The notes under the pieces: model-generated
What the model saw: the letters and a program-made list of their open reading frames with translations, nothing else
What the model was told of the DNA's origin: nothing
The model's database searches: none
Program-made: the position numbers and the translations under genes
Assembly (NCBI GenBank): GCA_033719695.1
Contig: JAWWDX010000001.1
Location: 1-60,808, forward strand
Reading direction: 5' to 3'
Length of the DNA stretch: 60,808 bases
DNA from: Putridiphycobacter sp.
GTDB lineage: Bacteria; Bacteroidota; Bacteroidia; Flavobacteriales_D; Crocinitomicaceae
Shown here: piece after piece, positions 29,376 to 39,604 of the stretch
How positions within the stretch are numbered: the first letter of the stretch is position 1
Layout of the letters: the number at the start of each line of letters is the position of its first letter

Positions 29376-30554
29376 ATGAAAAAGGTATTTAAATCTTGTT
29401 TATTTTCAGCACTGTTATTAATGTCTACCACTGTGTTGGCGCAGAATGACTTAGAACGGATGCTGCAAGGTGTTATTTCAGGTGCTTTGTTAGAAGAAGC
29501 CAATAATGAGCATGAAGACACTCATCATGCTAAAGCACATGCTGAACACCACAGTGCTGAAGAAGTTGAAGAAGCAGCAGGCTTCGATCCAATTCACCAC
29601 GTTTTAGATGCACACGATATTCATTTATGGGGTGAAGGTCATGATGCAGTTTCTGTACCTTTACCAATAATTTTATGGACAGACAATGGTTTGGTTACTT
29701 TTATGTCTTCGGCATTTCATCATGATGATGCTGGGCACGAAATAGTAGAAAGAAACGGAATGTCGTTTGTAAAATACCACGAAAAAATATATCAATTAGA
29801 TGCAGGCGCAAGTACATTAGAAATGGATCACACTACGCATGCGCCATTGAATGCAATCGCACCACTTGACTTGTCAATCACTAAAGTAATAGCGGCTGTA
29901 TTTATAGTGGCCATTATTATGTTCTTTGTTTTTACAGCGGTTGCACGAAGATATAAAACGGAAACGCCTCAAGCACCAAAAGGTATTGCCAAATGGATGG
30001 AGCCACTAGTATTGTTTGTAAGAGATTTTGCAAAAGATAGTATAGGCGAGCACAAATACATGAAGTTTATGCCGTATTTATTAACCGTATTTTTCTTTAT
30101 TTGGTTCGGTAACTTGTTGGGTTTAATTCCTTTTATTGGTGGGTTAAACATGACCGGTAACATTGCTATCACTTTGACTTTAGCACTTATTACTTTAGTA
30201 ATTCAATTAATCCATTCAAAATGGGCTTTTTGGAAGCACATGTTAATGCCTCCTGGTGTGCCAATGCCACTATGGATCATTTTGGTACCAATTGAATTGC
30301 TAGGCGTGCTCATTAAACCAGCAGCCTTAACTATTCGTTTGTTTGCCAACATAACTGCAGGACACATTATTGTACTGTCAATTATCGGAATCATATTCAT
30401 TAACCAGAATGTTGCATGGGCAGGACTATCAGTTCCTTTAGCCTTATTCATATCTGTGTTAGAAATCACCTTGGTGGCTTTTCTACAAGCCTATATTTTT
30501 ACAATGCTATCGTCAATGTTTATTGGCACAGCTGTAGATGATGGTCACCATTAA
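29376..30554 (+). CDS. atpB: F0F1 ATP synthase subunit a with signal peptide and His-rich N-terminal extension
   Basis: NLLGLIP, IRLFANITAGH and LQAYIFTML motifs. Confidence 0.96.
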   Translation: MKKVFKSCLFSALLLMSTTVLAQNDLERMLQGVISGALLEEANNEHEDTHHAKAHAEHHSAEEVEEAAGFDPIHHVLDAHDIHLWGEGHDAVSVPLPIILWTDNGLVTFMSSAFHHDDAGHEIVERNGMSFVKYHEKIYQLDAGASTLEMDHTTHAPLNAIAPLDLSITKVIAAVFIVAIIMFFVFTAVARRYKTETPQAPKGIAKWMEPLVLFVRDFAKDSIGEHKYMKFMPYLLTVFFFIWFGNLLGLIPFIGGLNMTGNIAITLTLALITLVIQLIHSKWAFWKHMLMPPGVPMPLWIILVPIELLGVLIKPAALTIRLFANITAGHIIVLSIIGIIFINQNVAWAGLSVPLALFISVLEITLVAFLQAYIFTMLSSMFIGTAVDDGHH

Positions 30555-30582
30555 TAAATAAGTAAATTAATTGTTAAACTAA

Positions 30583-30789
<207 letters not shown>

Positions 30790-30797
30790 TTCTTTTA

Positions 30798-30832
30798 AAA
30801 CCAGTAAATAGGGGTTGCCTATTTACTGGTTT
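30798..30832 (+). other. Perfect 15-bp intercistronic hairpin between atpE and atpF
   Basis: AAACCAGTAAATAGG-GGTTG-CCTATTTACTGGTTT. Confidence 0.8.
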
Positions 30833-30864
30833 ACTTTTATTTTAACATTTTAAACAAAACTATA

Positions 30865-31359
30865 ATGGAATTAATAACCCCATCAGTAGGAACTATCATT
30901 TGGAGTTCTATTGTTTTTATCATTTTGATGTTGCTTTTAGCTAAGTTTGCTTGGAAACCAATGTTGAAGGCTGTAAATGATCGAGAGGCGAGCATAGCAG
31001 ATTCTTTAGCCTTGGCCGAAAAAACAAAAGCAGAAATGGCTCAATTGCAGTCTGAAAATGAAGCTTTATTAAAAGAGGCCCGTGTAGAACGTGACAAAAT
31101 CATTAAAGAAGCAAATGAGGCAAGTAAGGCTATGGTAGCAGAAGCAAAAGATAAGGCACAAGCGGAGGCAGACAAAATTATTGGAGATGCACACAAGGCT
31201 ATAACCAATGAAAAGAATGCTGCTATGAGTGAAATCAAATCGCATGTAGCTGCCTTGTCATTAGAAATTGCTGAAAAAGTAATCAAAGGTGAATTAGCTT
31301 CTAGCGACAAACAAAAAGCATTGGCTAGTCAATTAGCTGAAGATATAAGTGTAAATTAA
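30865..31359 (+). CDS. atpF: F0F1 ATP synthase subunit b
   Basis: N-terminal TM, KFAWKP...RE..I, coiled coil. Confidence 0.95.
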   Translation: MELITPSVGTIIWSSIVFIILMLLLAKFAWKPMLKAVNDREASIADSLALAEKTKAEMAQLQSENEALLKEARVERDKIIKEANEASKAMVAEAKDKAQAEADKIIGDAHKAITNEKNAAMSEIKSHVAALSLEIAEKVIKGELASSDKQKALASQLAEDISVN

Positions 31360-31365
31360 TTTGAG

Positions 31366-31902
31366 ATGAAAGGAACTTTAGTAGCATCACGATACGCCAA
31401 ATCTTTATTAGAATTATCTATTGAAAACAATTCAATTGATAAAGTGAATGAAGATATGCTTATGTTATCTGATATTTGCGAGCATTCTAAAGACTTTATC
31501 GATTTATTAAATAATCCTATCATTCACGCTAATCAAAAAATTGATGTGTTTAAGGCATTATTTAGTGGTAAAATAGAAACAGCCTCTTTAGACTTTTTGA
31601 CACTTGTTACTGAAAATTCAAGGGCCAACATTTTACCAACTATTGTAAAAAGCTTTATCAGTCAGGTTAAACACCACAAAGGAATTGTTGATGTAGTACT
31701 AACATCAGCTGAACCATTGGATGAAGGAACCAAAACGACCATTTTAAGCAAGATAAAATCAATATACAATGGTGAAATTGCTTTAGTTGAAAAAATAGAT
31801 CCAGCAATCATTGGTGGATTCATTGTGAATATAGAAGATAAACAAATCGATTCGTCAGTAGCGAGTCAATTAACTAACTTAAAAAATATATTGCTTAATT
31901 AA
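31366..31902 (+). CDS. atpH: ATP synthase delta subunit
   Basis: VASRYAKSL, IDPAIIGG...IDSS motifs. Confidence 0.95.
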   Translation: MKGTLVASRYAKSLLELSIENNSIDKVNEDMLMLSDICEHSKDFIDLLNNPIIHANQKIDVFKALFSGKIETASLDFLTLVTENSRANILPTIVKSFISQVKHHKGIVDVVLTSAEPLDEGTKTTILSKIKSIYNGEIALVEKIDPAIIGGFIVNIEDKQIDSSVASQLTNLKNILLN

Positions 31903-31933
31903 GCAATTTAGTTTAATAAATAAATATTAGAAT

Positions 31934-33508
31934 ATGGCTAATATCAAACCTGCAGAAGTATCTGCTATCTTGAGAGAACAACTTTCAGGAGCGAAAACAA
32001 ACGCCGAATTAGAAGAAGTAGGATCTGTACTTCAAGTAGGTGACGGAATTGCTACTGTTTACGGCTTAAACAGTGTGCAATACGGTGAAATGGTTGAATT
32101 CAAAGGAGGTTTAAGAGGAATTGCTCTTAACCTTGAAGAAGACAATGTAGGCGTTGTATTACTTGGTAAATCAGACAACGTTGTAGAAGGTGACACTGTG
32201 AAACGACTAAACATCATTGCTTCATTACAAGTAGGTGAAGGTATTGTTGGACGTGTTGTTGATACAATGGGTAATCCAATAGATGGTAAGGGACCAATTG
32301 AAGGAGAAACATACGAAATGCCTTTGGAAAGAAAAGCACCAGGTGTAATCTACCGTCAACCAGTTACTGAACCATTACAAACAGGTATTAAAGCCATTGA
32401 CTCTATGATTCCAGTAGGAAGAGGTCAAAGAGAGTTAATTATTGGTGACCGTCAAACAGGTAAAACTACTGTGGCGATTGACACCATTATTAACCAAAAA
32501 GAATTTTACGATAAAGGAGAACCTGTATATTGTATCTATGTGGCTATTGGCCAAAAAGGATCTACGGTTGCTGGTTTAGTTGATAAATTAGAGAAAGCAG
32601 GAGCCATGGCTTATACAACAATTGTGGCATCAAACGCATCTGATCCTGCTACAACTCAATTCTACGCACCGTTCGCTGGGGCAGCAATTGGAGAGTATTT
32701 CAGAGACACAGGTCGTCCGGCATTAATCATTTATGATGATTTATCGAAGCAAGCCGTTGCTTACCGTGAAGTTTCTTTATTATTAAGACGTCCTCCAGGG
32801 CGTGAGGCTTACCCTGGTGATGTATTCTATTTGCACTCAAGATTATTAGAAAGAGCGGCTAAGATTATTGCTGATGATACCATTGCAAAAACAATGAATG
32901 ATTTACCTGATTCTATTAAGCATTTAGTAAAAGGTGGGGGATCATTAACAGCACTCCCAATCATTGAAACACAAGCAGGTGACGTTTCGGCGTATATTCC
33001 TACTAACGTGATATCAATTACGGATGGTCAAATTTTCTTAGAGTCTAACTTGTTTAACGCAGGTGTTCGTCCTGCCATTAACGTCGGTATTTCGGTATCG
33101 CGTGTTGGTGGATCGGCTCAAATTAAGTCAATGAAAAAAGTGGCTGGTACCTTGAAGTTAGATCAAGCACAATATAGAGAATTGGAGGCGTTTGCTAAGT
33201 TTGGATCTGATTTAGATGCTGCTACAAAAGCTGTATTAGATAAAGGTGCAAGAAACGTTGAAATTTTAAAGCAAAACGAAGGTGATCCATATACTGTACA
33301 AGATCAGATTGCAATTATTTATGCAGGTACAAAAGGATTATTAACAAATGTGCCAATTGATAAAGTAAAAGCATTCGAAAAAGAATTGATTACAGTATTA
33401 AACGGACAATACAAAGAGGTAATGGCTAATTTAGCTGCAGGTAAATATACCGATAACGAAACTTCTGTTTTAGGTAAAGTTGCAACTGAAGTAGCTTCAA
33501 AATACTAA
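31934..33508 (+). CDS. atpA: ATP synthase alpha subunit
   Basis: [29 protein letters not shown] motifs. Confidence 0.98.
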   Translation: MANIKPAEVSAILREQLSGAKTNAELEEVGSVLQVGDGIATVYGLNSVQYGEMVEFKGGLRGIALNLEEDNVGVVLLGKSDNVVEGDTVKRLNIIASLQVGEGIVGRVVDTMGNPIDGKGPIEGETYEMPLERKAPGVIYRQPVTEPLQTGIKAIDSMIPVGRGQRELIIGDRQTGKTTVAIDTIINQKEFYDKGEPVYCIYVAIGQKGSTVAGLVDKLEKAGAMAYTTIVASNASDPATTQFYAPFAGAAIGEYFRDTGRPALIIYDDLSKQAVAYREVSLLLRRPPGREAYPGDVFYLHSRLLERAAKIIADDTIAKTMNDLPDSIKHLVKGGGSLTALPIIETQAGDVSAYIPTNVISITDGQIFLESNLFNAGVRPAINVGISVSRVGGSAQIKSMKKVAGTLKLDQAQYRELEAFAKFGSDLDAATKAVLDKGARNVEILKQNEGDPYTVQDQIAIIYAGTKGLLTNVPIDKVKAFEKELITVLNGQYKEVMANLAAGKYTDNETSVLGKVATEVASKY

Positions 33509-33522
33509 ATTAAACATTGAAT

Positions 33523-33548
33523 GAGGTTTTGGATCAACTCAAAACCTC
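33523..33548 (+). other. Intercistronic hairpin between atpA and atpG
   Basis: GAGGTTTTG-N8-CAAAACCTC. Confidence 0.6.
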
Positions 33549-33564
33549 GTTTTAAACTTTAATT

Positions 33565-34452
33565 ATGGCAAATTTAAAAGAGATTAGAAATAGAATTGTA
33601 TCGGTATCATCTACCATGCAAATCACGTCTGCCATGAAAATGGTATCTGCAGCTAAACTAAAGCGTGCACAAGATGCTATTACGCAGATGCGTCCTTATG
33701 CCCAAAAGTTACAAGACATTCTTTCAAGTTTATCTGCTTCTCTTGATACTTCAGAGAATGAATATGCCAAAGAAAGACCGGTAAAAAATGTATTATTAAT
33801 TCCAATAACATCAAACAGAGGTTTATGTGGTGGTTTTAATAACTATGTAATTAAAAAAGCTTTGCATTTAAGTAAAAACAAATACAAAGATCAAAACGTA
33901 ACTGTTTTACCAATTGGTAAAAAAGCCGCTGATTCATTTAAAAAGACACCTTTTTTTGGTAATAGTGATGCTATTATGAAAGATGCGAGTGACATTTGGA
34001 CCAATGTTAATTTTTCTGACTCAAATGCCATTGCAGAAACCGTGATGAAAGCATATACTGATGGTGCGTTTGATAAAGTTGTATTTGTCTACAATCATTT
34101 CAAAAATGTGGCCACTCAAATTGTTACTGAAGAACAATTTTTACCAATATTGCCACCAGATGCAGAAGAGGTAAGTTCTGCTTCAGCTGCATCTGATTAT
34201 ATATTTGAACCATCTAAAGCGGAAATTGTTACAGAATTGATACCAAAGTCGCTGAAAACGCAATTCTATAAAATCATTTTAGAATCTCATGCAGGAGAGC
34301 ATGGCGCTAGAATGACTGCTATGCACAAAGCAACTGATAATGCTACAGAATTGAACAAAGCTTTGAAATTAGAATACAACAAAGCCCGTCAAGCTGCTAT
34401 TACGAACGAAATTCTAGAAATTGTTGGTGGTGCAGAAGCGTTGAATGGATAA
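33565..34452 (+). CDS. atpG: ATP synthase gamma subunit
   Basis: ITSAMKMVSAAK, RGLCG, RMTAM..ATDNA and RQAAIT.E motifs. Confidence 0.98.
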   Translation: MANLKEIRNRIVSVSSTMQITSAMKMVSAAKLKRAQDAITQMRPYAQKLQDILSSLSASLDTSENEYAKERPVKNVLLIPITSNRGLCGGFNNYVIKKALHLSKNKYKDQNVTVLPIGKKAADSFKKTPFFGNSDAIMKDASDIWTNVNFSDSNAIAETVMKAYTDGAFDKVVFVYNHFKNVATQIVTEEQFLPILPPDAEEVSSASAASDYIFEPSKAEIVTELIPKSLKTQFYKIILESHAGEHGARMTAMHKATDNATELNKALKLEYNKARQAAITNEILEIVGGAEALNG

Positions 34453-34497
34453 GTTATAAAATTTACTAGTTACTTAATAGTAACAAAACATATGTAT

Positions 34498-34533
34498 AAT
34501 CCCGATTGGTATGAACTGATCGGGATTTTTTTT
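34498..34533 (+). terminator. Intrinsic terminator of the atp operon
   Basis: AATCCCGATTGGT-ATGA-ACTGATCGGGATT followed by a T run. Confidence 0.85.
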
Positions 34534-34654
34534 AGTTACCCTTTAAAATATTGTGATCTATACTCACTTGTACGGTTGCTCGGTTTACCAAAAAATAATT
34601 CAAACAAAAGCCAAAAAATAGAAGAAAATCCAATTAAAAAAAAGTTTAGAAAAA

Positions 34655-36097
34655 TCATCCTTTCTCCTTTTTTAACAACTTCAAAGGATTCTCAATAAAC
34701 ATCACTACTCCTAAAAACACCAGTATCAATACTGTCTTAAAAGCATAGTTTATCCAACCATTTTCAATTTGAATGGCACGATCAACAAAAAACAACAAAA
34801 TGGCAATTACCAAAAAGGTAATGACTTTTCGTAGGTTATACTTTATGGGATAATGCTTTTGTCCTAAAATATGAGATGCCAACATCATTAAAAAATAAAC
34901 GATTAATGTTGCCCAGGCTGAACCAACATATCCAAAATAGGGTATGAGCAGGAAATTAAGTGTTAATGTCACCAGTGCCCCTCCAATGGCGATATAGGCT
35001 CCAAATTTCGTTTTGTCTGCCAACTTATACCAAATAGATTGGTTATAGTAAATACCTAAGAACACATTAGCCATTAATAGAATAGGGACTACTTTTAAGC
35101 CCTCCCAATAGCGATCGTTTATAAACCACTTAAAAACATCAATATATAAAGTAACCCCTAAAAATATGAGCGATACTACTATGACAAAATAGGTCATCAC
35201 CGTTGCGTACACCTTGTTCTTTTCTTTGTTCTTCTCTTGGGCGAAAAAGAAAGGCTCAGCCGCATAACGAAACGCTTGAATAAATAACGTTATGATAATG
35301 GAAAGCTTATAATTGGCCGAGTAAATACCTACTTGACTTTGGGCGTAATCTAACCCTCTATCAACTAACAAACGTTTCAATAAAATCCGATCAATGGTTT
35401 CATTAACGATTCCAGCAAAGCCAGCAATTACCATTGGTAGGGCAAAAATTACCATGGTCTGTACCACTACTTTATCCCAAACTAAACGAACGGCTTTTAT
35501 TTCGGTAATTAAAAATAAGGGTTTACTTAAGCTAGCTATTAAATTGGCTATGAAAATAAATCCTATGCCAAACTCGGGATAAAGTGGCAATAAAAAGAGC
35601 AAAAAGAAGAGGTTAAGCACTACAGTTACACCAATAGATGCCAACTGAACTATGGCAAACTTTTTTGCTTTATCTTGAAACCTCAATTTGGCTAATAAAA
35701 CTGAGCTGATCGCGTCAAATGCCAAAATAAATCCAAACCAAATCACATAGTTGGCATGATCGGGAAATAACATCCAATTGGCAATCGATTGTGAGAAAAC
35801 AAGAATCGAGACTAAGAAAAGAAAATTGATTCCAAATACCAGTGAAAAAGCTTGATTGAATGTTTGTTCTTTATCTTCTGACTTGTTGACAAAACGGAAA
35901 AAAGTGGTCTCCATTCCAAACATCAAAAACACCACTAAAAATGCCACATAAGCATAAAACTCACTAATTACGCCATATTCTGAGGTGGTAAAAAAGTAGG
36001 TATGTAAAGGTACTAGCAGATAGTTCAATAGCCTCCCCAGAATGGACGATAATCCATAGATGGCCGTTTGACTTGCTAATTTCTTTATTGTAGACAT
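34655..36097 (-). CDS. Oligosaccharide flippase / polysaccharide biosynthesis protein (Wzx/MOP family)
   Basis: LASQTAIYGLSSILGR, GMETTFFRF, QAFRYAAEPFFF; 12-14 TM-like segments. Confidence 0.9.
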   Translation of the reverse strand: MSTIKKLASQTAIYGLSSILGRLLNYLLVPLHTYFFTTSEYGVISEFYAYVAFLVVFLMFGMETTFFRFVNKSEDKEQTFNQAFSLVFGINFLFLVSILVFSQSIANWMLFPDHANYVIWFGFILAFDAISSVLLAKLRFQDKAKKFAIVQLASIGVTVVLNLFFLLFLLPLYPEFGIGFIFIANLIASLSKPLFLITEIKAVRLVWDKVVVQTMVIFALPMVIAGFAGIVNETIDRILLKRLLVDRGLDYAQSQVGIYSANYKLSIIITLFIQAFRYAAEPFFFAQEKNKEKNKVYATVMTYFVIVVSLIFLGVTLYIDVFKWFINDRYWEGLKVVPILLMANVFLGIYYNQSIWYKLADKTKFGAYIAIGGALVTLTLNFLLIPYFGYVGSAWATLIVYFLMMLASHILGQKHYPIKYNLRKVITFLVIAILLFFVDRAIQIENGWINYAFKTVLILVFLGVVMFIENPLKLLKKEKG

Positions 36098-36103
36098 TTC
36101 TTT

Positions 36104-36145
36104 TAGTATCAAGTACCGAGTATTGAGTACTGAGTACTGAGTACT
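36104..36145. repeat. Six tandem heptamers (consensus GAGTACT)
   Basis: TAGTATC AAGTACC GAGTATT GAGTACT GAGTACT GAGTACT. Confidence 0.85.
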
Positions 36146-36248
36146 TTCTTAATTTATAATATTGCAGCTTTCAATAAACCTATTGTGTTAGGTGCCTGTC
36201 TAAATTTATTTAACTTAAAAAGGGCGAATACTTTATACTCGATAATAA

Positions 36249-37043
36249 TTACTCAGTAGTATTTTCCTTGCGAAATTGCGCTTTCCTTTTCTCCATGAAT
36301 GCCCTGGTTCCTTCTATAAATTCAGGTGTTCCAAAGCACTTTCCAAACTCTTCAATCTCTTTATCATATCCATTTAAACCGTCAATATAATTGGCGTTGA
36401 TTGCCCGCATAGCTCCACTGATAGCATTTGGCGAATTATTTAAAATTTTACTAGCCATTTTTTCAGCTGTTGCTATCAATTCCTCTTGAGTAACAACATG
36501 GTTAACTAAACCCCACTTTAAGGCTTCTTCAGCTGTTATCATTCCAGCAGTGGTCACCATTTCCATAGCTTTTCCTCTGCCAACTAACTGACTTAAGCGT
36601 TGGGTACCCCCATAGCCTGGAATTACACCAAGGGACACTTCGGGTAATCCCATTTTTGCATTGTCGGAAGCAATTCTAATATGAGCAGCCATGGCCAGTT
36701 CTAGTCCTCCTCCTAATGCAAATCCATTTATGGCTGCAATGACTGGCTTGCACATGTTTTCCACAAAATTAAATAGTAGTTCTTGGCCCTTAGCAGCTAA
36801 TTCTTGGCCTTGTACGGCTGAAAAGTCAGCAAATTCCTTAATATCTGCTCCAGCTACAAAAGCTTTTTCTCCCGATCCTGTTATGATAATAACACCAATA
36901 TTATCGTCGGCATTCGCCATCTTTAGCGTATCGTGTAAAGCCTGAATAGTGTCTCTATTTAAAGCGTTTAACTGGTTTGGTCGGTTAATTGTAATGGTTA
37001 AAACGTGCCCATTTGCTTGGGCTATAATTGTTGAATCGCTCAT
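36249..37043 (-). CDS. Enoyl-CoA hydratase/isomerase (crotonase-like)
   Basis: AFVAGADI, GFALGGGLELA and PEVSLGVIPGYGGTQRL motifs. Confidence 0.93.
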   Translation of the reverse strand: MSDSTIIAQANGHVLTITINRPNQLNALNRDTIQALHDTLKMANADDNIGVIIITGSGEKAFVAGADIKEFADFSAVQGQELAAKGQELLFNFVENMCKPVIAAINGFALGGGLELAMAAHIRIASDNAKMGLPEVSLGVIPGYGGTQRLSQLVGRGKAMEMVTTAGMITAEEALKWGLVNHVVTQEELIATAEKMASKILNNSPNAISGAMRAINANYIDGLNGYDKEIEEFGKCFGTPEFIEGTRAFMEKRKAQFRKENTTE

Positions 37044-37317
37044 TGTTCTTTATTTTTGCTTTATAAAAGTAATAAGAATGGTTTTGTTTTACTTAACAAA
37101 CTGTTTTTTATTGTTAACACGTACATGAGTACTACGCATTGAGTAGTTAATAGTTAGAATTAAATCACTGACTTAAGACACTGATAATGTTGTGTGTTGA
37201 ATGGCATGGCGTGATAATGATCACCTTTGCTATGTAGGTATATACTGAATTAAAAAAATAGAGAAATTGCAAAAGCTATCGAAACTACCGGTTAGTGAAA
37301 TACTTTGTAATAAGTAA

Positions 37318-37980
37318 TCACCGGTAAAAATTCATTTCTACCATATACTTGTAAACAGGCTCTGACACTAGGTATTTAACATCTTTCCGATCTTTGATGG
37401 CTTGACGAATAAAGCTCGAAGAGATTTTCATCAGGGGCGCGTCTACCATATGGATATTAGGGTGCTCTAGTAGACCATTGTCTGCATCACTTTTCTCCGC
37501 CTTCAGCTCTTGAACAGTATATACTCTCGGATAGACAAAAATTGGATATTTTTCCAAAATCACATCATAGTTCTTCCACCTATGAAAGGACCTCAAGTTA
37601 TCTTCGCCCATAATGAGTGCAAAATGGTAAGTAGGATGTTTCTCCTTCAGGTATGCAAGGGTGTCAATCGTATAAGAAGGTTTGGGCAAATCAAACTCAA
37701 TATTCGAAGCTTTTAATTTAAGATTGTCATCAACGGCTTCCCGCACCATTGCTAATCGGTGAATTTCGTCTAAAAGTGAAGCCTTTACCTTATGCGGGTT
37801 TTGCGGCGACACCACAAACCAAACCTCATCCATCACAGTATAATTTGCAAAATGATTTGCCAGAATAAGGTGGCCTATGTGTATGGGGTTAAATGAACCA
37901 AAAAATAAGCCAATGCGCTTTGCACCCTTGGTCGGCTTGGCATTAAATGAATTGATAAAATTGGTTACAACATCACTCAT
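37318..37980 (-). CDS. nadD: Nicotinate-nucleotide adenylyltransferase
   Basis: GSFNPIHIGH, PSYTIDTL, MGEDN and ISSSFIR motifs. Confidence 0.95.
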   Translation of the reverse strand: MSDVVTNFINSFNAKPTKGAKRIGLFFGSFNPIHIGHLILANHFANYTVMDEVWFVVSPQNPHKVKASLLDEIHRLAMVREAVDDNLKLKASNIEFDLPKPSYTIDTLAYLKEKHPTYHFALIMGEDNLRSFHRWKNYDVILEKYPIFVYPRVYTVQELKAEKSDADNGLLEHPNIHMVDAPLMKISSSFIRQAIKDRKDVKYLVSEPVYKYMVEMNFYR

Positions 37981-38587
37981 TTTCTATAAACTTACTAACT
38001 AATTCTTTTACTTCGGCACAGGCTTTTTCCAAATTATCGTTTAGCAATACATAGTCGAAAGCATTGGCATGACTCAATTCTTCATTTGCCTTATCAAGTC
38101 TCATTTCAATTTGCTCAGGCGTTTCTGTTCTCCTATTTTTTAATCGTTGCTCTAAAACGAATAACGAAGGTGGCTTAATAAAAATTGACAAGGCACGGTC
38201 ACCAAAAATTTTCTTTAAAGTAATACCTCCAATGGCATCAACATCAAAAACAACTGTTTTACCCTGTTCCCATGCTTTTATTACTTCCGATTTTAATGTG
38301 CCATAGAAACTATTAGCGTACACTTCTTCCCACTCAACAAAATCGTTGTTTTTAATCTTTTGCTTAAATGCTTCTACAGAAAAAAAGTGATAATCTATGC
38401 CGTTTTCTTCTCGATCTCTCGGTGCGCGACTAGCTGCTGAAATGGAAAAACTAAGGGTCTCTATTTGGCGCAATAGATATCTAACAATAGTAGTTTTTCC
38501 AGCGCCACTTGGTGCCGAAAAAATAATACATTTTCCCTTTAAATCTCCCCAAAAAGGTGCGTTTCTTGCCGTGTCAGTTATAGCCAT
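37973..38587 (-). CDS. gmk: Guanylate kinase
   Basis: APSGAGKTT, R.PR..E.NG.DYHF and FYGT motifs. Confidence 0.95.
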   Translation of the reverse strand: MAITDTARNAPFWGDLKGKCIIFSAPSGAGKTTIVRYLLRQIETLSFSISAASRAPRDREENGIDYHFFSVEAFKQKIKNNDFVEWEEVYANSFYGTLKSEVIKAWEQGKTVVFDVDAIGGITLKKIFGDRALSIFIKPPSLFVLEQRLKNRRTETPEQIEMRLDKANEELSHANAFDYVLLNDNLEKACAEVKELVSKFIENE

Positions 38588-39460
38588 TTACAAAGTGTTT
38601 AAAATCTGTTCCTTTATTTTCTCTAGCTCATCCTTCATTTCAACTACTAATTTCTGCATGTCGGCATGGTACGACTTAGATCCTAAAGTGTTTATCTCTC
38701 GCCCAATTTCTTGAACGATAAAACCTAATTTTTTACCTTGTGACCTTGGCTCCGCCAAAATTTCACGAAAATAATTTAAATGGCCTGACAGTCTTAACTT
38801 TTCTTCCGCAATATCAATCTTTTCAATATAGTATATTAATTCTTGCTCAAATCGGTTTTTATCTACTTTGGCCATGCCAACAAACTCTTCTAAATTCGAT
38901 TCTATTCTTTCTTTTATTCCTTCTATTCTAGCTCCTTCGTATTTTGGTACTTGGTTAAAAGCAGTTTCAATATTCTCAATTCGCATGTTAAACTCATCCG
39001 TTAATTGTTGCCCTTCTTGATTTCTAAACTCAATCAAATGCTGAATGGCGCTGTCAACCGTCTCTAACACTACGGTCCATTCACCATCTTCTAGCGCCTC
39101 ATTGTTTGACGTAAACACATCTGGCATTTTTGTAATAATCTGTAGTAGATCAGTATCTGGTAAGTTAAACTCATTTTTTAAATCCGTTAATTGATGATAA
39201 TAGTTCTTTACGATAGCTTTATTAAGTTGATTGGTACTAGCATCACCTGCAGACTCTACCTGAATAATACATTCTACTTTACCGCGCACTAACTGATCGC
39301 CAATTCGTTTTCTCAATTCAATTTCACGCGCTTTATATGCGTTTGGCATCTTGACAAATAAGTCGAGATTCTTAGAATTCAACGACTTCAATTCAACTGA
39401 TATTGTTTTGTTTTGGTATGGTTTCACGCTTTTACCAAAACCCGTCATAGACTGTAACAT
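38588..39460 (-). CDS. yicC: YicC/YloC family endoribonuclease
   Basis: MLQSMTGFG start (ATG 39460), GKKLGF..QE.GREINTLGSK, EKIKEQ. Confidence 0.93.
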   Translation of the reverse strand: MLQSMTGFGKSVKPYQNKTISVELKSLNSKNLDLFVKMPNAYKAREIELRKRIGDQLVRGKVECIIQVESAGDASTNQLNKAIVKNYYHQLTDLKNEFNLPDTDLLQIITKMPDVFTSNNEALEDGEWTVVLETVDSAIQHLIEFRNQEGQQLTDEFNMRIENIETAFNQVPKYEGARIEGIKERIESNLEEFVGMAKVDKNRFEQELIYYIEKIDIAEEKLRLSGHLNYFREILAEPRSQGKKLGFIVQEIGREINTLGSKSYHADMQKLVVEMKDELEKIKEQILNTL

Positions 39461-39604
39461 GGTTTTTTTTGACGAAGATAATGAGAAAATACGAAGATGA
39501 TATTTTAATATACTATGGAACAAACAATCCGACGGAAAATAATCCCTTTATTATAAGATAACTAAATATTATTTGCTAATTTCAAAAGTTGAAAAAAGTT
39601 GTCC

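Noticed and set aside
36104-36145. Possible CRISPR or mini-array
   Set aside because: The 7-bp units have no spacers, and there are no cas genes.
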